Assembly (NCBI RefSeq): GCF_006345805.1
Contig: NC_043011.1
Location: forward strand, 51,906,464-51,970,463
Direction: 5' to 3'
Source of the DNA: Octopus sinensis
Lineage: Eukaryota
DNA: 64,000 nt
Shown here: positions 11,355 through 24,230 of the stretch, piece by piece
How the letters are laid out: the number at the start of each line of letters is the position of its first letter
How positions within the stretch are numbered: position 1 is the first letter of the stretch
Made by a program: the position numbers and the translations under genes
The notes under the pieces: model-generated
Database searches by the model: none
What the model saw: the letters and a program-made list of their open reading frames with translations, nothing else
What the model was told of the DNA's origin: nothing

Positions 11355-13481
11355 GTAAGTTTGTTTTGCTTGTTTCTATGTTTTATTATTTTATAAATAT
11401 TGATTAGTTTGTTTAAGATGGTTGGTACCCTTCACTTTTATAGTCACTTTCAAATTCTGACTGAAGATACACTCTGGTTTCACTCTACAAGTCTAAACTG
11501 CAATTAACTCTTTCATGTTTAGACTATTTTCGTGATGTCCTCCTCTACTCTCCCAAGTTGACTACCTGCTCCATTTTAGTTTCCATGACCAGTTTATTTT
11601 TAGTGGTGTTGTATCACCAAAGACTGTGTTTTAGAATTTCTTTGTTTCACATTCCAAGTAATGAATTCTGATTGGCAAATTGACCAATCACTGTTGATAC
11701 CTTTCTCACCTCCAAATCCAACCTTTGTCCTATCCTTGCTACCTTTGATTCCATTTAATCATCTGATGACTGCTTAATCAACGCTCTTTATCTCACCTCA
11801 CATGTTCAGGCTAAGTAAAAAAAAACTTTGCTCCTTAACACTGGCGCATCAAATCAGGGCTTAATCAATTCTATCCTGTTGACTACCATCATATTGCCCA
11901 CACATCAAACATCTCAAAGGTGATGGAAACAGCTATAAACAACCACCTCCTTTATTACCTTCCCTTGCTTTCCATTATCAGTGGCCACTACTACAGCAGT
12001 TTTCCAAGAGCCAGATCTACCTTTTCTTTTCTCTTTTGTCACTCATTAGTTTATTAACAGAACTATTAGAGCATCAGACAAAATGCTTTGCAGTATTTGT
12101 TCTGGCTGGGTTCTGAAATTGCATCCTGCAAGGATCACTTTTGCTTTTCATCCTTCCAGGGTTAATAAATAAGTACCAATCTGGAGTGGTGAACTGGTGA
12201 AGATTTTAAAGCATGGAACTGAATGCTTTGCAGTATTTGTTTCAGCTGTTTGCATTTTGAGTTGAACTACTACTGTTGGTTATTTGAGTGGTAGACTCAA
12301 TTCATGATCCTCTTTAATTCCACAACCAGGTCCTTTGGGTGTCTTTAGTAGTATTCACTCAGCTGCAAGCATTTGGGCCAGATCTCTGGTGTGATGATAC
12401 CTTTTTTTTCTTTTTTTTTTCCACTTGTCTGTGTGGCTCTAAAAAGGGTCATGGGGACTGTATGTTCTCTTGACAGAATGATAAAAATTCTATAAAAAAA
12501 AAGTGTAAAAAAACTATACAGATGTGTCCTTTTGTAGTGGAATTTGGGAAAAACAAACTTGTTACCCTTTGTCTGGCATATAATGACCATATTTATTAAG
12601 GAAACAGTCTTACCAAACTACATTCCTCACTACACCAGAACAACACACAACTTGAGCCCTTTATAGTCACTACAAACATAAGGCTTCCCAAGCTCTGGTG
12701 ATTTCACACTATAACATCACATGTTATTTAACAGAAACTGAAGGACAAAGACTAGGGTGCCACTAATGATCAGAAAATACCTGAACCCTCAATAGTTATC
12801 CCCTTCCAAAGGCTACTTTGGGTTAATGCTCACATACCTGAAATTGTATTGATGACAAACAAACATCCTTGACATCATTCAATGGTAGCTCTTCTGAAGT
12901 ACCCCATACACTCTGTAAAGTGGTTGGCATAGGAAGAGCATCCAGCTGTAAAACTTGTGGCAAAGCTAAGGTACTGGAGCAAGAGGATTTCCACCAACCT
13001 GTAGTATTCCGTTAGACCAGCCAAACCATGCAAACAAGGAAAGCAGATGTAAAATGCCTGCTTAGGTCTGAAGATTGGTGTTTTACAAACTTGTCCAGTT
13101 CAAACCAGTATAACAAGACAGATGGAAGTCTCATTCTAGTCGCTTAGTTTGCAGAAATAATAGCTAAATCTTCCTAAAATTACATTCTATTGGCTCAAAA
13201 AAGGAAGGACACATTGTTCTAGGTATATAACTGTGCAATGATCATGACTAGAATACTTTTGATCAGAGATCTGCTCAGTTGTGACTAACTCAAGGTTAAA
13301 CAACAGCTGACAAACTGGTAGTGGTGGTGGCAACAGGCAGTGCTGGGTTTTTTCTTTCTTTTTATTAGCCTTGTACTATTTTGTTCAGATTACCTTTATC
13401 TTCTAATAAATTGCAATTTATTAGTTATTAAACCAACTGTATTTTCTATTTTTTTTTTCCTTATTTTTTACTTTCTTGCAG

Positions 13482-13559
13482 TTCTTGGCTCTTGGCACTC
13501 ATAATGGTGCAATCCACATATTAGATCATGCCGGATACAACATCAAAGACATTCAGGCG
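13482..13559 (+). CDS. VPS41: VPS41 coding exon (FLALGTHNGAIHILDHAGYNIKDIQA)
   Basis: Long polypyrimidine tract and ttgcag acceptor, gtaagt donor; 78 nt, phase 0. Continues in frame from the previous exon and matches VPS41 FLALGTH.G...LD..G. Confidence 0.96.
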
Positions 13560-14664
13560 GTAAGTTGTTTATTTAATTCTTTATCGCAAGATCCTGATTT
13601 CAGCATTTATCGTCCATTGGGTTCACAACTGTATGAGCCTACACTAACTATCCAATTGTGGGACGGATCAGAGCAAGAACCAGATGAAGGTTGTTGTTAT
13701 GGATGTGTCAATGTAATCTGAAACTGTACTCCCATTTTGGAGATCCTTTCTTGTTGTTGTTTGGTTCTATATGTTATTATTGTTATTTATTGATGTGTAT
13801 TCTTAATTGTTTTGGTGGCCTTGCCCTTTTATTCATCGTAAATCCACACTCTGTAGTTCCTGTTTGTTGTTTCCTTTTGGAATTCATGTTCGTAGTTTAG
13901 TTGTGTGTGATGTTGAAACAGTTGAAAGGTTTGAGAACAGAGTCGTTCTTCCCAAATCAAGCCCTTATCAACTTTTTCAAGCACTAACTTGAAAAGGAAG
14001 GTGAAGGGAGAGAGTAAATTTTATGAAAGGGGCAGGCATGGATGTGTGGTTGGGTAGTTCTCTCTCAACCACATAGTTTCTGGTTCAATCTCATTGTCTG
14101 GCCAATGGAACTGAACTTCTGTTATAGCCTTAGTCCAACCAAAACCTTGGGAGTAGATTAATTAAACAGAAACCTAAAGAAGCCTATTGTGTGTGTGTGT
14201 GTGTGTGTGTGTGTCCTGACCTCATGTAATGATTGTAAGTAAGTGTCACTATCAAACATTTATTACCAGTCTTCCATGAAAATATGTTTGACCAACGGGA
14301 AATATTAACTTACTCAGAAACAAAGAATTGGCAACAGGAAGGGCATCTGGCCATCGAAATTTTACTTCAATGAATCATGTCTGACCCATGCAAACATGGA
14401 AAAGTGGATGTTAAAAAGATGATGATGTAGGTGATAGTGGTAAAATTGCTGTGACTGAATGGTCCTACTCTATGCAGCTGTTGATTAATGGCAAAAATTG
14501 GAATAAGTAATTGCTTTTGCTTATCAGGGTAGCCCAGGATTGTGTGTGGGGGGAACTCCAAAATACTCTATGCAGCTGCCCCTCTTCTACTTTCTCATCA
14601 CTCCTTAATTTGGTGATCCATTTTTGTGTTTATGTACTGTTGTTTACTATTATTATTTATTATA

Positions 14665-14860
14665 CCCATGCCAGTGGCACGTAAAAGCACCCACTACACT
14701 CTCGGAGTGGTTGGCGTTAAGAAGGGCATCTAGCTGTAGAAACTCTGCCAAATCAAGATTGGAGCCTGGTGCAGCCATCTGGTTCGCCAGCCCTCAGTCA
14801 AAATCGTCCAACCCATGCTAGCATAGAAAGCAGACGTTAAATGATGATGATGATGATGAT
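14665..14860 (+). mobile_element. SINE-like family B with (GAT)n tail
   Basis: Near-identical to the reverse complement of 8689-8870 and 19522-19700; ends in (GAT)n. Confidence 0.85.
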
Positions 14861-15374
14861 ATTTCTGTGTCTTTATTGATTGGTTGATCTTGCTCATTGT
14901 AAATCTGCTACAGTTGCTTGTTTATTTATAAGAAATGTCTCCATGTGCAATTAAAGCAGATACTCAGTTGCTGATGAAGTTCCCCTCACAAGATCAAAAC
15001 TAATCTGGTTGATCCCTCTTTTTCTATATATATATATGTGTGTGTGCATGTTTATGTTTATGTGTCTGTCTGTGTGTCTAACCACACAGCTATCCTTGTG
15101 CAAGGTGTTTACATATGTCTGTCACTTACAGCATTGGCTAAAATTTATAGATATATTCTGTAGTACAGTATAGCATATATACATACATTTAAATATGAAT
15201 AGGTGTGCATGTATAGAGCCTCGTGGTCAAGAAAGTGAAATTCAACTAATTAGATGTGAAGTATTGGCTGCAATAACCATAAACAACTCTTGTCCCTTGG
15301 CATAATATAGTTTTGAAATTCACACCTGTACCTACACACACATACATGTATGTGTATGCATGCATGCATGTATG

Positions 15375-15418
<44 letters not shown>

Positions 15419-15805
15419 TTATGGGTGCATGTATGCACATATGTTTGTATACATAATATTCATAGTTGCATGCACACAGACCGTGTAATGTGTGTGTGTG
15501 TGTGTATGTGTGTGTGTGTGTATGTGTGTGTGCCTGTGAATGTATGTTAATACATACATATCAACACAAGCACCCACATCTTGTTCAAACCTGTTTTATT
15601 CAGTATCACCATTATTGTACATGTAAGCATGGCTGGAAAATATTGCAATATATTGCAATAAAGAAGAGAATCATGTCTGCTTTTCAAATGGAAGTGTTTT
15701 GACCTTAAGCATGTATGAATCTCTTTCACCTGAATAAAGGCTACAGACACACACACACAAATGTATGTGTATGTGTGTGTGTGTATGTATGTATGTATGT
15801 ATATA

Positions 15806-15860
<55 letters not shown>

Positions 15861-16979
15861 CTGCTTATTCAGGATCACTTTGATGAATAGTAAGACACCC
15901 ACACACACAAGCACACTCAAAGACATCTAATGGATCCAGAACTTCATTGAACTGGTTACTAAAAGTTGTATTGGCACTGATAAATCAATCAATATCTAAA
16001 ACGTGAAGCAATAAGAGAGAGAGGTAGAGATAGAGAGAGAAATTATTGCTCGAAATATTGAGATGTCTGACATATTGATGCTTTCAGAAAATCATTTTTC
16101 TGTCGTCTCTACCAACATCAAACGTTACCACCACCCCCACTACCATCATGAACCAACAAGAGAGCCTTTGCAGGGTCATTTCGAAAATAGCAATCAAATT
16201 TTCCTCATCCTGGAAAATGCAGCCAAATCTTCCTCAAATCACATCATCATTTTCATCATAATGCTCACTTTTCCATACCTGCATAGTTGAAGAGAATTCA
16301 CTAAAGCAGATTTTCTACAGCTAGATACCATTCCTGTTGTCAGCCCTTGCCTGTTTCCAAGGAAGGTTATATTATATTTCCTCATTGCCAAGCATGTTTC
16401 TCACAGGAGACTGAAAAAAGAAAATTCTTCGTTTACAAAACAATCAGTGTTGACATTTGTTTACAATTATCACTAGATGTCTAGAGAAAAGGGTCACTTC
16501 CCCTATCACATCGCATGCATGAATGCATACAAACAGACAGACTGACAGACAAACAGACTTCTTTCAGTTTTTGTCTACTAAATCCATTCATTAGGCTTTG
16601 ATTGGCCAGGGGCTGCAATCAGACACATGCTTGAATACCAGATAATGTGGTCCCAGATTCCCTGGGATGGTCATAGTTAGAGTGCCTTTGATTGTACGTC
16701 AGCTTGATCAAGGTAAGCCTTAGGTTAAAGGTAATGACTACCATTACATTATCGTAAAGCCTACAAGAAACCCTCTATATGGTCACTTAACTTGCTAGAA
16801 ATTGCAGGCAGATATCCTACATATAACACTATATCAAAAAAAAAAAATCATAAGACATTGAATAATGCCTCATTACATTATTCCATAAGAATAAATGGAA
16901 TGGTTGCAGCTGGGATGTCATTGATGAAAGGTTTGCTTGATCAGTGCTGATCTGGAGCTAAATATTAATTATACCTAAC

Positions 16980-17710
16980 ATAGGCAAGGGCCAGAAATGT
17001 TTTGCAAGGAGAGTAGATAATTATACCAACTCCTGGACATAACTAATACTTCATTTTATCATCTCTGAAAGGATGAAAGTCGAAGTTGTCCACTGCAAGA
17101 TTAGAACTCAAAACAAAAGAACAGTAATTAAGTACTACAAGGAATTTTGTCTGATATTCTACTGATTTTACCAGTCTACTACTTTGATGACAGTGGTGGT
17201 AGTGGTGGTTTCTTATGTTGCCACAAGGCCTTAAATTCTGGAGAAGAGGTTAGTCAATTAAATTGAACTCAGTAATTCCTTGCCGTTTTATTTTATCAGG
17301 CCCCAGAAGGATGAAAGGTAAATTGACCTTGGTGAGATTTGAACACAGAACATAAATAACTGGAAAAAAATACTACTAAGCATTTTGCTATAACAATTCT
17401 GCCAATCCACCACCATGATGATAGTGGAGATGGTTGTCATGGCAGTGGTTATTACGATGGTGGTGATGGTAGTAGTGGTGGTTTATAATTTAGGTGCAAA
17501 AGTTGCAGTTCGAGGGAAATGGGGTTAGTCAATACCATCAACCATACTTGCCACTTGGCTGTTACTTTATTTTCTTACTCCTGGAGTGATGAAAGGCAAA
17601 TTTGGCCTTGGCAGCGTTTGAACTCAGCCTGTAAAGGGCTGGAACAAATATCACATTGCATATTGTTCAACATGATAATTATTCTGCAAATCCGCCAATG
17701 TGTTGATGCT
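16980..17710 (-). mobile_element. Cluster of three decayed family C SINE-like copies
   Basis: Repeated GGATGAAAGGCAAAGTTGACC...TTTGAACTCAG motif, with GGT/GAT-rich simple-repeat spacers. Confidence 0.7.
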
Positions 17711-18261
17711 AACTTTTGGTAGCGGTGATGACAGCATCATTATGATTTTCATTAATGTCCAAATGTCCATTTTCTATTGTCATGATGATACAATGTCTGA
17801 TATTACATCTCTATTCTCTGTGCTATGTCATGTCATCTGTAAGGTGGAGTATCTTTAATATCTCAGCTGGAAACGGTAGTTAATTGTTAGCTCAGCAGCA
17901 TAGTTAGGTCAGATACATTCACCTGCCCGTACATACATCATTTCAATGGCTTAGTCAGAGGAGGAACAGGGACTGACAGTGGAGAAAGGAAGAGGAAACT
18001 AAGAACTTTGGGTTATCATTGGATTGGAAACCAGGTTGAAATAATTGCATCTGTGCAGATTCTGCTAAAAACAGACAATAAATTGGTTAGTGGTACTAGG
18101 GATGGCTCTTCCTCCTCCTCTAGTGTTTTTGTTGTTGTTGTTTAACTATGTGGTTGAGTATGTCTCAATCTATTGGATCTGTAAATATACTTTAAATGAA
18201 CCACTTTGACACAATATACCTGTAATAAGCATCTTTGCATTATTTGTATGTTAATAAATGT

Positions 18262-18575
18262 GCAGGCATGGCTGTGTGGTAAGAAGTTTGCTTCCCAACT
18301 TCATGGTTCCGGGTTCAGTCCCACTTCATGGCACCTGGGGCAAGTATCTTATACTATAGCCTCAGACCTACCAAAACTTTATAAGTGGATTTGGTAAACA
18401 GAAACTGAAAGAAGCCCATCATATATGCTTACCTGTAAATGTATGTGTGTGTGTGTGTGTGTCTTTGTGTCTAAGTTTGTCCCCCACAACCACTTGACAA
18501 CTAGTGTTGGTGTGTTTACATCTCCATAGCTTAGCAGTTTAGCAAAAGAGACTAGTAGGATAATTACCAGACTTT
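18262..18575 (+). mobile_element. tRNA-derived SINE family A, decayed
   Basis: GCAGGCATGGCTGTGTGGTAAG head and GGGTTCAGTCCCA B-box-like motif; homologous to 32745-33171. Confidence 0.8.
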
Positions 18576-18639
18576 AAAAAAAACAGATAGAGGCAGGGGA
18601 TGTTAAGAAGATGAGTTTTGAGGGAGAGATTCATCAGGG

Positions 18640-18881
18640 ATTAATAACATCTATAATTCTTTATTTGCATAAATAAGGTTTGTCACACAAGGTATTTTCA
18701 AGTCATAACTTCACCCAGTCTTCTGGAGCTTTTTTTAATGATTTGTTGAATCTAAAGTTTCTCCCAATCATGTTGAGTTGTGTGCAACTTGACTGAATTT
18801 TGGTTTCTGATTTTTTTTTTTTTTTAGGTATATCATTTCTCCTCACTTTTCATTTTGTTTACCACCTTTCTATCTTGATAT

Positions 18882-18957
<76 letters not shown>

Positions 18958-19260
18958 ACTTTCCTAACATTGTTTCAATGAAAATAAATGTAAATTTTAC
19001 ATTTTGCAAATTCTAGTTTGGGAGAAAAATTAGATTAGCTACAGATACAAAAGAAAATTTTTTCTTCTTGAAAACTGGACTCAATATGAGGAAACTGACT
19101 TTCACTTAGAGGGAAAAGATTTAATTAGTAACAAAAGTATCAGCAACAAGAAGAATGTTTTACTGCCAAAGCATATTGTAAGAGTTAAAGACATTCCAAA
19201 AATGTGAATTATTCTCACTCCTTGTTATCCACTTTCTAAACATATAAAATATAATTCTCC
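18640..19260 (-). mobile_element. Dispersed repeat, possible Tc1-like transposase relic; second copy at ~29850-30310
   Basis: Clear shared blocks between the two copies (e.g. AATGTTTTACTGCCAAAGCATAT, GAATTATTCTC). Only weak protein traces (DWEK...PEDW). Confidence 0.45.
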
Positions 19261-19521
19261 AGCTAGTATCCAGCATGTTTGGTCTCTCTTTCAGCTTTTG
19301 TCATATGAACTAAAGATGTTATGAAGTAGTTCAAATTTTTTCCACAGGTTGGTGGACAAGAGCAGCATAGAAACACTCCTGATGGTGTTACCCTAATTCC
19401 AAATATGTGCCGTTTGTTGGAGTAGACGTCTGCTGCCAGTTGGAAGGGGATGAATCTATAATTCAGAAAGCCATACAGACATACATAAAAATTCACATTT
19501 AATTGTGTAGATATATGCATG

Positions 19522-19930
19522 TCGTCATCATCATCATCATCGTTTAACGTCCGCTTTCCATGCTAACATGAGTTGGACGATTTGACTGAGGAGTGGCAAA
19601 CCAGATGGCTGCACCGGGCTCCAATCTGATCTGACAGAGTTTCTACAGCTGGATGCCCTTCATAATGCCAACCACTCCAAGAGTGTAGTGGGTGCTTTTA
19701 CGTGCCACCAGCATAAGGGCCAGTCAGGCGGTACTGGAAATAGCCACACTCTAGTGGTGTTTTTTACGTGCCACCTGCACAGGAGCTAGTCCAGCGGCAC
19801 TGGTAACAATCACGTTTGAATGGTGCTTTTTATGTGCCACCAGCACAGAAGCCAGTAAGCTGCTCTGGCAGCGATCATGCTCGGATGGTGCTTTAGCGCT
19901 CCACTGGCACGGGTGCCAGTCATCGAATTT
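19522..19930 (-). mobile_element. SINE-like family B, long form with ~66-bp internal tandem modules
   Basis: Family B core followed by modules starting at 19688, 19754, 19821 and 19886. Confidence 0.85.
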
Positions 19931-20880
19931 GCGAATATGATTTGATTTTGATTGTAGATATATTATTTGTGTAGATATATGCTCATAGCTTTTTTAGGGT
20001 TTTTTTTTATATGTTGAAAGGGTCTTTACTATATTTTATGTATTATCTACCTTGTTTAAAAATCAGGAAGTCATACAGGTTCATAGAAATTCACTTTTAT
20101 CTGTGTAAATTAGCTTTTTAAAGTTCACTACATTAAATATATTAACACTAATAACTGGAAAATTGCAACTAATATTCAGTTGTTGTTGTGTTGATCAAAG
20201 CCAGCTCTGGTATTTTCTTTAAATTGGACTGCTGCTACTGCTGCTACTTTTGTTGTTGTTGTCCATTTTCATCTTTTTCCTCCTCCTCCTCTCCCTAATT
20301 AGACAAATCTAGAATCAAAGATGATATAGATATGTTCATCCCGCATTTTATGGTCAAGCGCTGTGTGTAATAACTACAACAATATTATTCAATAATTTGT
20401 TGTCTTTGATTTATAAAGATAGTAGCATCTGATTTAAGGGGGATTCAGCTAATATTTCTGCCTGGGTGGGTAATCATATTGAATCTCTCTTTGTGTTGGA
20501 ATATTGCTGTCATTACTGCTGCTATTATTGTTGTTGTTTGACCCCAGTCAGTTGTATTTCATCAGACCTGTGACAAAAAGATACCCATAAGTCCAATACC
20601 TTGAAAACAACAACAACATCATTGGTACATAATGTCTTAATGAAGGATTGGGTGGTCATAGCTGGAGTATCTTTAGCACAATGTGTGAATAAACAGTACA
20701 ATAATCATGGTTGGGACAACTTTGTTCATAGGTTTACTCAATCGTAAACAGCAATTATTTACAAGCTGATGGATCCAGCTAACAAACTGTGTGCCTTCTA
20801 CATTGATCAATGAAACAGTATCAGATCATCCATTCTACTACAACACGATGGCTGTGTTTGTGTGTATGTTGCAGTGTGTG

Positions 20881-20927
<47 letters not shown>

Positions 20928-20928
<1 letters not shown>

Positions 20929-21236
20929 GAGGCGCAATGGCCTAGTGGTTAGGGCAGTGGACTCGCGGTCGTAGGATCGTGGTTTCGATCCCCAGACCGG
21001 ACGTTGTGAGTGTTTATTGAGCGAAAACACCTAAAGCTCCATGAGGCTCCGGCAGGGGGTGGTGGCGATCCCTGCTGTACTCGTTCGCCACAACTTTCTC
21101 TCACTCTTTCTTCTGTTGGCCTGCTCGCTTAGCCAGCGGGGTGGCGTCATTTGAAGGCTAAAGCAATGCGAAGCGCATTATGACCAGCGATGTGTAACAA
21201 CATCTGATGGCCTGGTCGGTCACGGTGATCACGGTG

Positions 21237-21238
<2 letters not shown>
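20928..21238 (+). mobile_element. Young tRNA-derived SINE (family D) inserted in a (TA)n/(TG)n tract
   Basis: A box TGGCCTAGTGG (20938-48), B box GGTTTCGATCC (20981-91), CpG-rich, 3' end (CACGGTGAT)2. Confidence 0.85.
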
Positions 21239-21291
<53 letters not shown>

Positions 21292-21294
<3 letters not shown>

Positions 21295-21705
21295 TCTTTA
21301 CTCTTTTATTTGTTTCAGTCATTTGACTGTGGCCATGCTGGAGCACTGCCTTTAGTCAAGCAAATCGACCCCAGGACTTATTCTTTGTAAGCCTAGTACT
21401 TCTTCTATTAGTCTCTTTTGCCGAACCGCTAATTACGGGGATGTAAACACACCAGCATCGGTTGTCAAGCGATGTTGGGGGGACAAACACAGACACACAA
21501 ACATATACACATATATATATATATATATACACATACATACATATATATGACGGGCTTCTTTCAGTTTCCGTCTACCAAATCCACTGACAAGGCTTTGGTC
21601 GGCCCGAGGCTATAGTAGAAGACACTTGCCCAAGGTGCCACGCAGTGGGACTGAACCCGGAACCATATGGTTCGTAAGCAAGCTACTTACCGCACAGCCA
21701 CTCCC
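21292..21705 (-). mobile_element. tRNA-derived SINE family A, full bipartite copy
   Basis: Reverse complement of 32745-33171: head, internal TA/TG microsatellite, 3' module ending in AAAAGAGTA repeats. Confidence 0.9.
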
Positions 21706-22413
21706 ACACCTATAAATTATATATATATATATATATATTCACATATAATTTAATCCTTACTCAATGTTTATAGAAGAAAACTGAATTTTTAAAGGGACCA
21801 CAGAGAGATGAGTGAAATGGAGGACTGGTGGGGGGGAGGAGCTTCTCTTTCAGAACCCTTGGATTTTTTTTTTTCCTGCTGTATAGTTTGTGGTGTGAGA
21901 AATTAATTTATTCAGTATTCAGCTTAATGTGGATTATATAACAGCTTTATGATGGGATAAAAGGAAAGATCCTCGCTGTGGAATTTCAGCTGAGGTGCCA
22001 TATTTAAGGAAATGTCATGGGCAACATGATCATGCATAAGCCACGTTGAGATTAGCAGTGTGAAGAGTTTGTGCCTTGGGGAGGGGCAGAAGTGTGAGGA
22101 AGGGGCTGTGTTTCCTTGTGATCTATGATAATGATGGTGGGGGGTTATTATTTTTGTTGTTGTTGTTGTTGTTATTGCTATTAACATGGTAGGGAAAGCC
22201 ATTCTAATTTATTGCTAAAGGTTCTGCAGAGAATTATTGGGATGGGAATGTATGGGTGACTGCACAGTGATGATTATATGTATATATATATATCTGTGTG
22301 AGTGTATGTGTATGTAGTGTATATATGCATGTATATAATTTATCATATGTTTATGTATATTCATATATATGCATGTATTTAATTTGTCATACATATACAT
22401 ATATATGTGTGTG

Positions 22414-22454
<41 letters not shown>

Positions 22455-23239
22455 CAACAGTATATGTTGTGTAAGATATGTATTTATGCATAATGTTGTG
22501 TGTTTAATGTATAATTGTGCGATACATGCATGTTTAAATGTGTGTATATCAATATGAATATATCCTTGTATATGTATTGTCTATTTTATATGTGTGTGTA
22601 TGTCTATGTATATATATATATATATGTATCCATATATATGTACACACGTATAGGCTGTGATTTATGCATAAGGATTTGTGTGTGCGTGTGTGCTTAAATA
22701 ATGCACACACACACACTCATTTAATATATATACAGTTTTTAATCACAGGCATGTATATTATGTCATGATGATGATGATGCATATGTGCACATACACACAC
22801 ACACACACACATATTTACACACAAAATATAGAATATAAAACAAAAGCATATACACACATCCATGTATGTAGAAACACTCACACACACACACTTACACACA
22901 CACACACACACACACACTTACACACACACATAACTTAACTCTGGATATAAACATTGGAAATTGGAGGAGAAAAAATATTGTAAACTCCGATAAGAATCAG
23001 AATATGAATCTCTTGGTAACCAAGCAAAAATGCTAATGTCAATACATTACTCTCCGTGGCTTTTAAATTAGTCTATGTCCTGGATGCTCACGTAAGCTAT
23101 CAACCATTTTAATTGCAACTGCACATACACGTTTCCCCACCTAAGCCCTTCCCAGTCTGTCCTGCTCCAACACCAGGAACACACTGATGCTAAGGCTGAA
23201 AATATCTGTATTCATAACCACCATTCCTAACAGCTCTCC

Positions 23240-23490
23240 CACCGCCACCTTCAAAGGATGCATTCCCGAGCTAGCTCTTTCTCCTTCTTAAGGCCCTTCA
23301 TTCTTTCCTTCTCTAACAGGGATCTATCCCAACTTTTAGCAACATACAAAAGTGTGTTCAATTCCCAAGACAGGTGACCTCTCTGACCTGTTGTTAGTCA
23401 GCTATCAACCTATTGCCCTCACTGTCAATATTTCAAACATGATAGACACAATCATAGATAATGACCTCCCTCGTCAATTTAAATCTCATC
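23240..23490 (+). mobile_element. Non-LTR retrotransposon RT fragment (CR1/Jockey-like), decayed
   Basis: GIYPNF*QHTKVCSIPKTGD...SYQPIALTVNISNMIDTII matches the G.FP..WK.A.V.PIPK.GD...NYRPIAL.S..SK motif. A similar trace lies at ~11870-11960. Confidence 0.6.
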
Positions 23491-23692
23491 CTTTTCACTT
23501 CTCCATGACCATCACCACAGATTCTATAAAGCCCAGTTTACCTGACACTTGAGCCCCCTCCCTCTCATGTCACACACCAGTATGTCTCTCTCACCTTCTA
23601 AGAACTTTGGCAAAAGCAGAATTATCTTTGATGACTAAAAAACCTTTGAGCTTGTCTAGTAGTCATCATAATAATAATAATAATCATAATAA

Positions 23693-24149
23693 TCTACATA
23701 TATATGTAAAATCCTTTGTCTCTCTGTCTGTTCCCAATACAGATAGTGCTGACTGCCTCAAGGGTGAGTATCTCCACTGACAGCTTTTCAGTGGGTTCAA
23801 ATATTACGCAACCTCCACTCCCAATTTTCCATGATAGTTTAGGGTATGAAATCCTCCAAACGAACATATTATATGTTGCTTAGTCGAATCAGAACATTGT
23901 TTACTCCACAAATGCTTTATTGTCAATGCTGCATTTTCCTTGTATCACCTGTTTCAACATAACTGTAATATGTGTACCGTTGGCGATTTTTTTTTCCTCT
24001 GTCTTCCCTTCTCTGGATCTTTCCTTCTCCTATGTTTCCGACGAAGAGCTCCGCTCGAACGTTAAACCTTCTTTCCTGAGCGTCCAATAATACTATATTT
24101 GTTCCATGTCCTCGCGTTGTTGTGTTTTTTTGTGCTTTCTTGTTTGGAT

Positions 24150-24185
<36 letters not shown>

Positions 24186-24230
24186 AACTATACCATTTTA
24201 ATCCTGAGCAATGCCAGGTATCTTTGCTAA
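23693..24230 (+). mobile_element. Non-autonomous Helitron with a nested insertion
   Basis: 5' A|TCTACATATATATGTAAAA; 3' hairpin CCTGAGCAATGCCAGG followed by CTAA|T (CTRR variant); sits in (AAT)n. Confidence 0.6.
23882..24153 (+). mobile_element. Penelope pLTR-like short element with hammerhead-like motif
   Basis: Contains GTTT-CCGACGA-A-GAGCtccGCTC-GAAC-GTT-AAAC (24034-67); CpG-rich relative to its flanks; ends in (TA)n. Confidence 0.5.

Noticed and set aside
13476-13721. 81-aa ORF as a complete gene
   Set aside because: Only 13482-13559 is the VPS41 exon; the rest is intron read-through past the GT donor.
20928-21000. Genuine tRNA gene
   Set aside because: A and B boxes are present, but there is no complete acceptor stem or T-run terminator, and the sequence continues into a SINE body.
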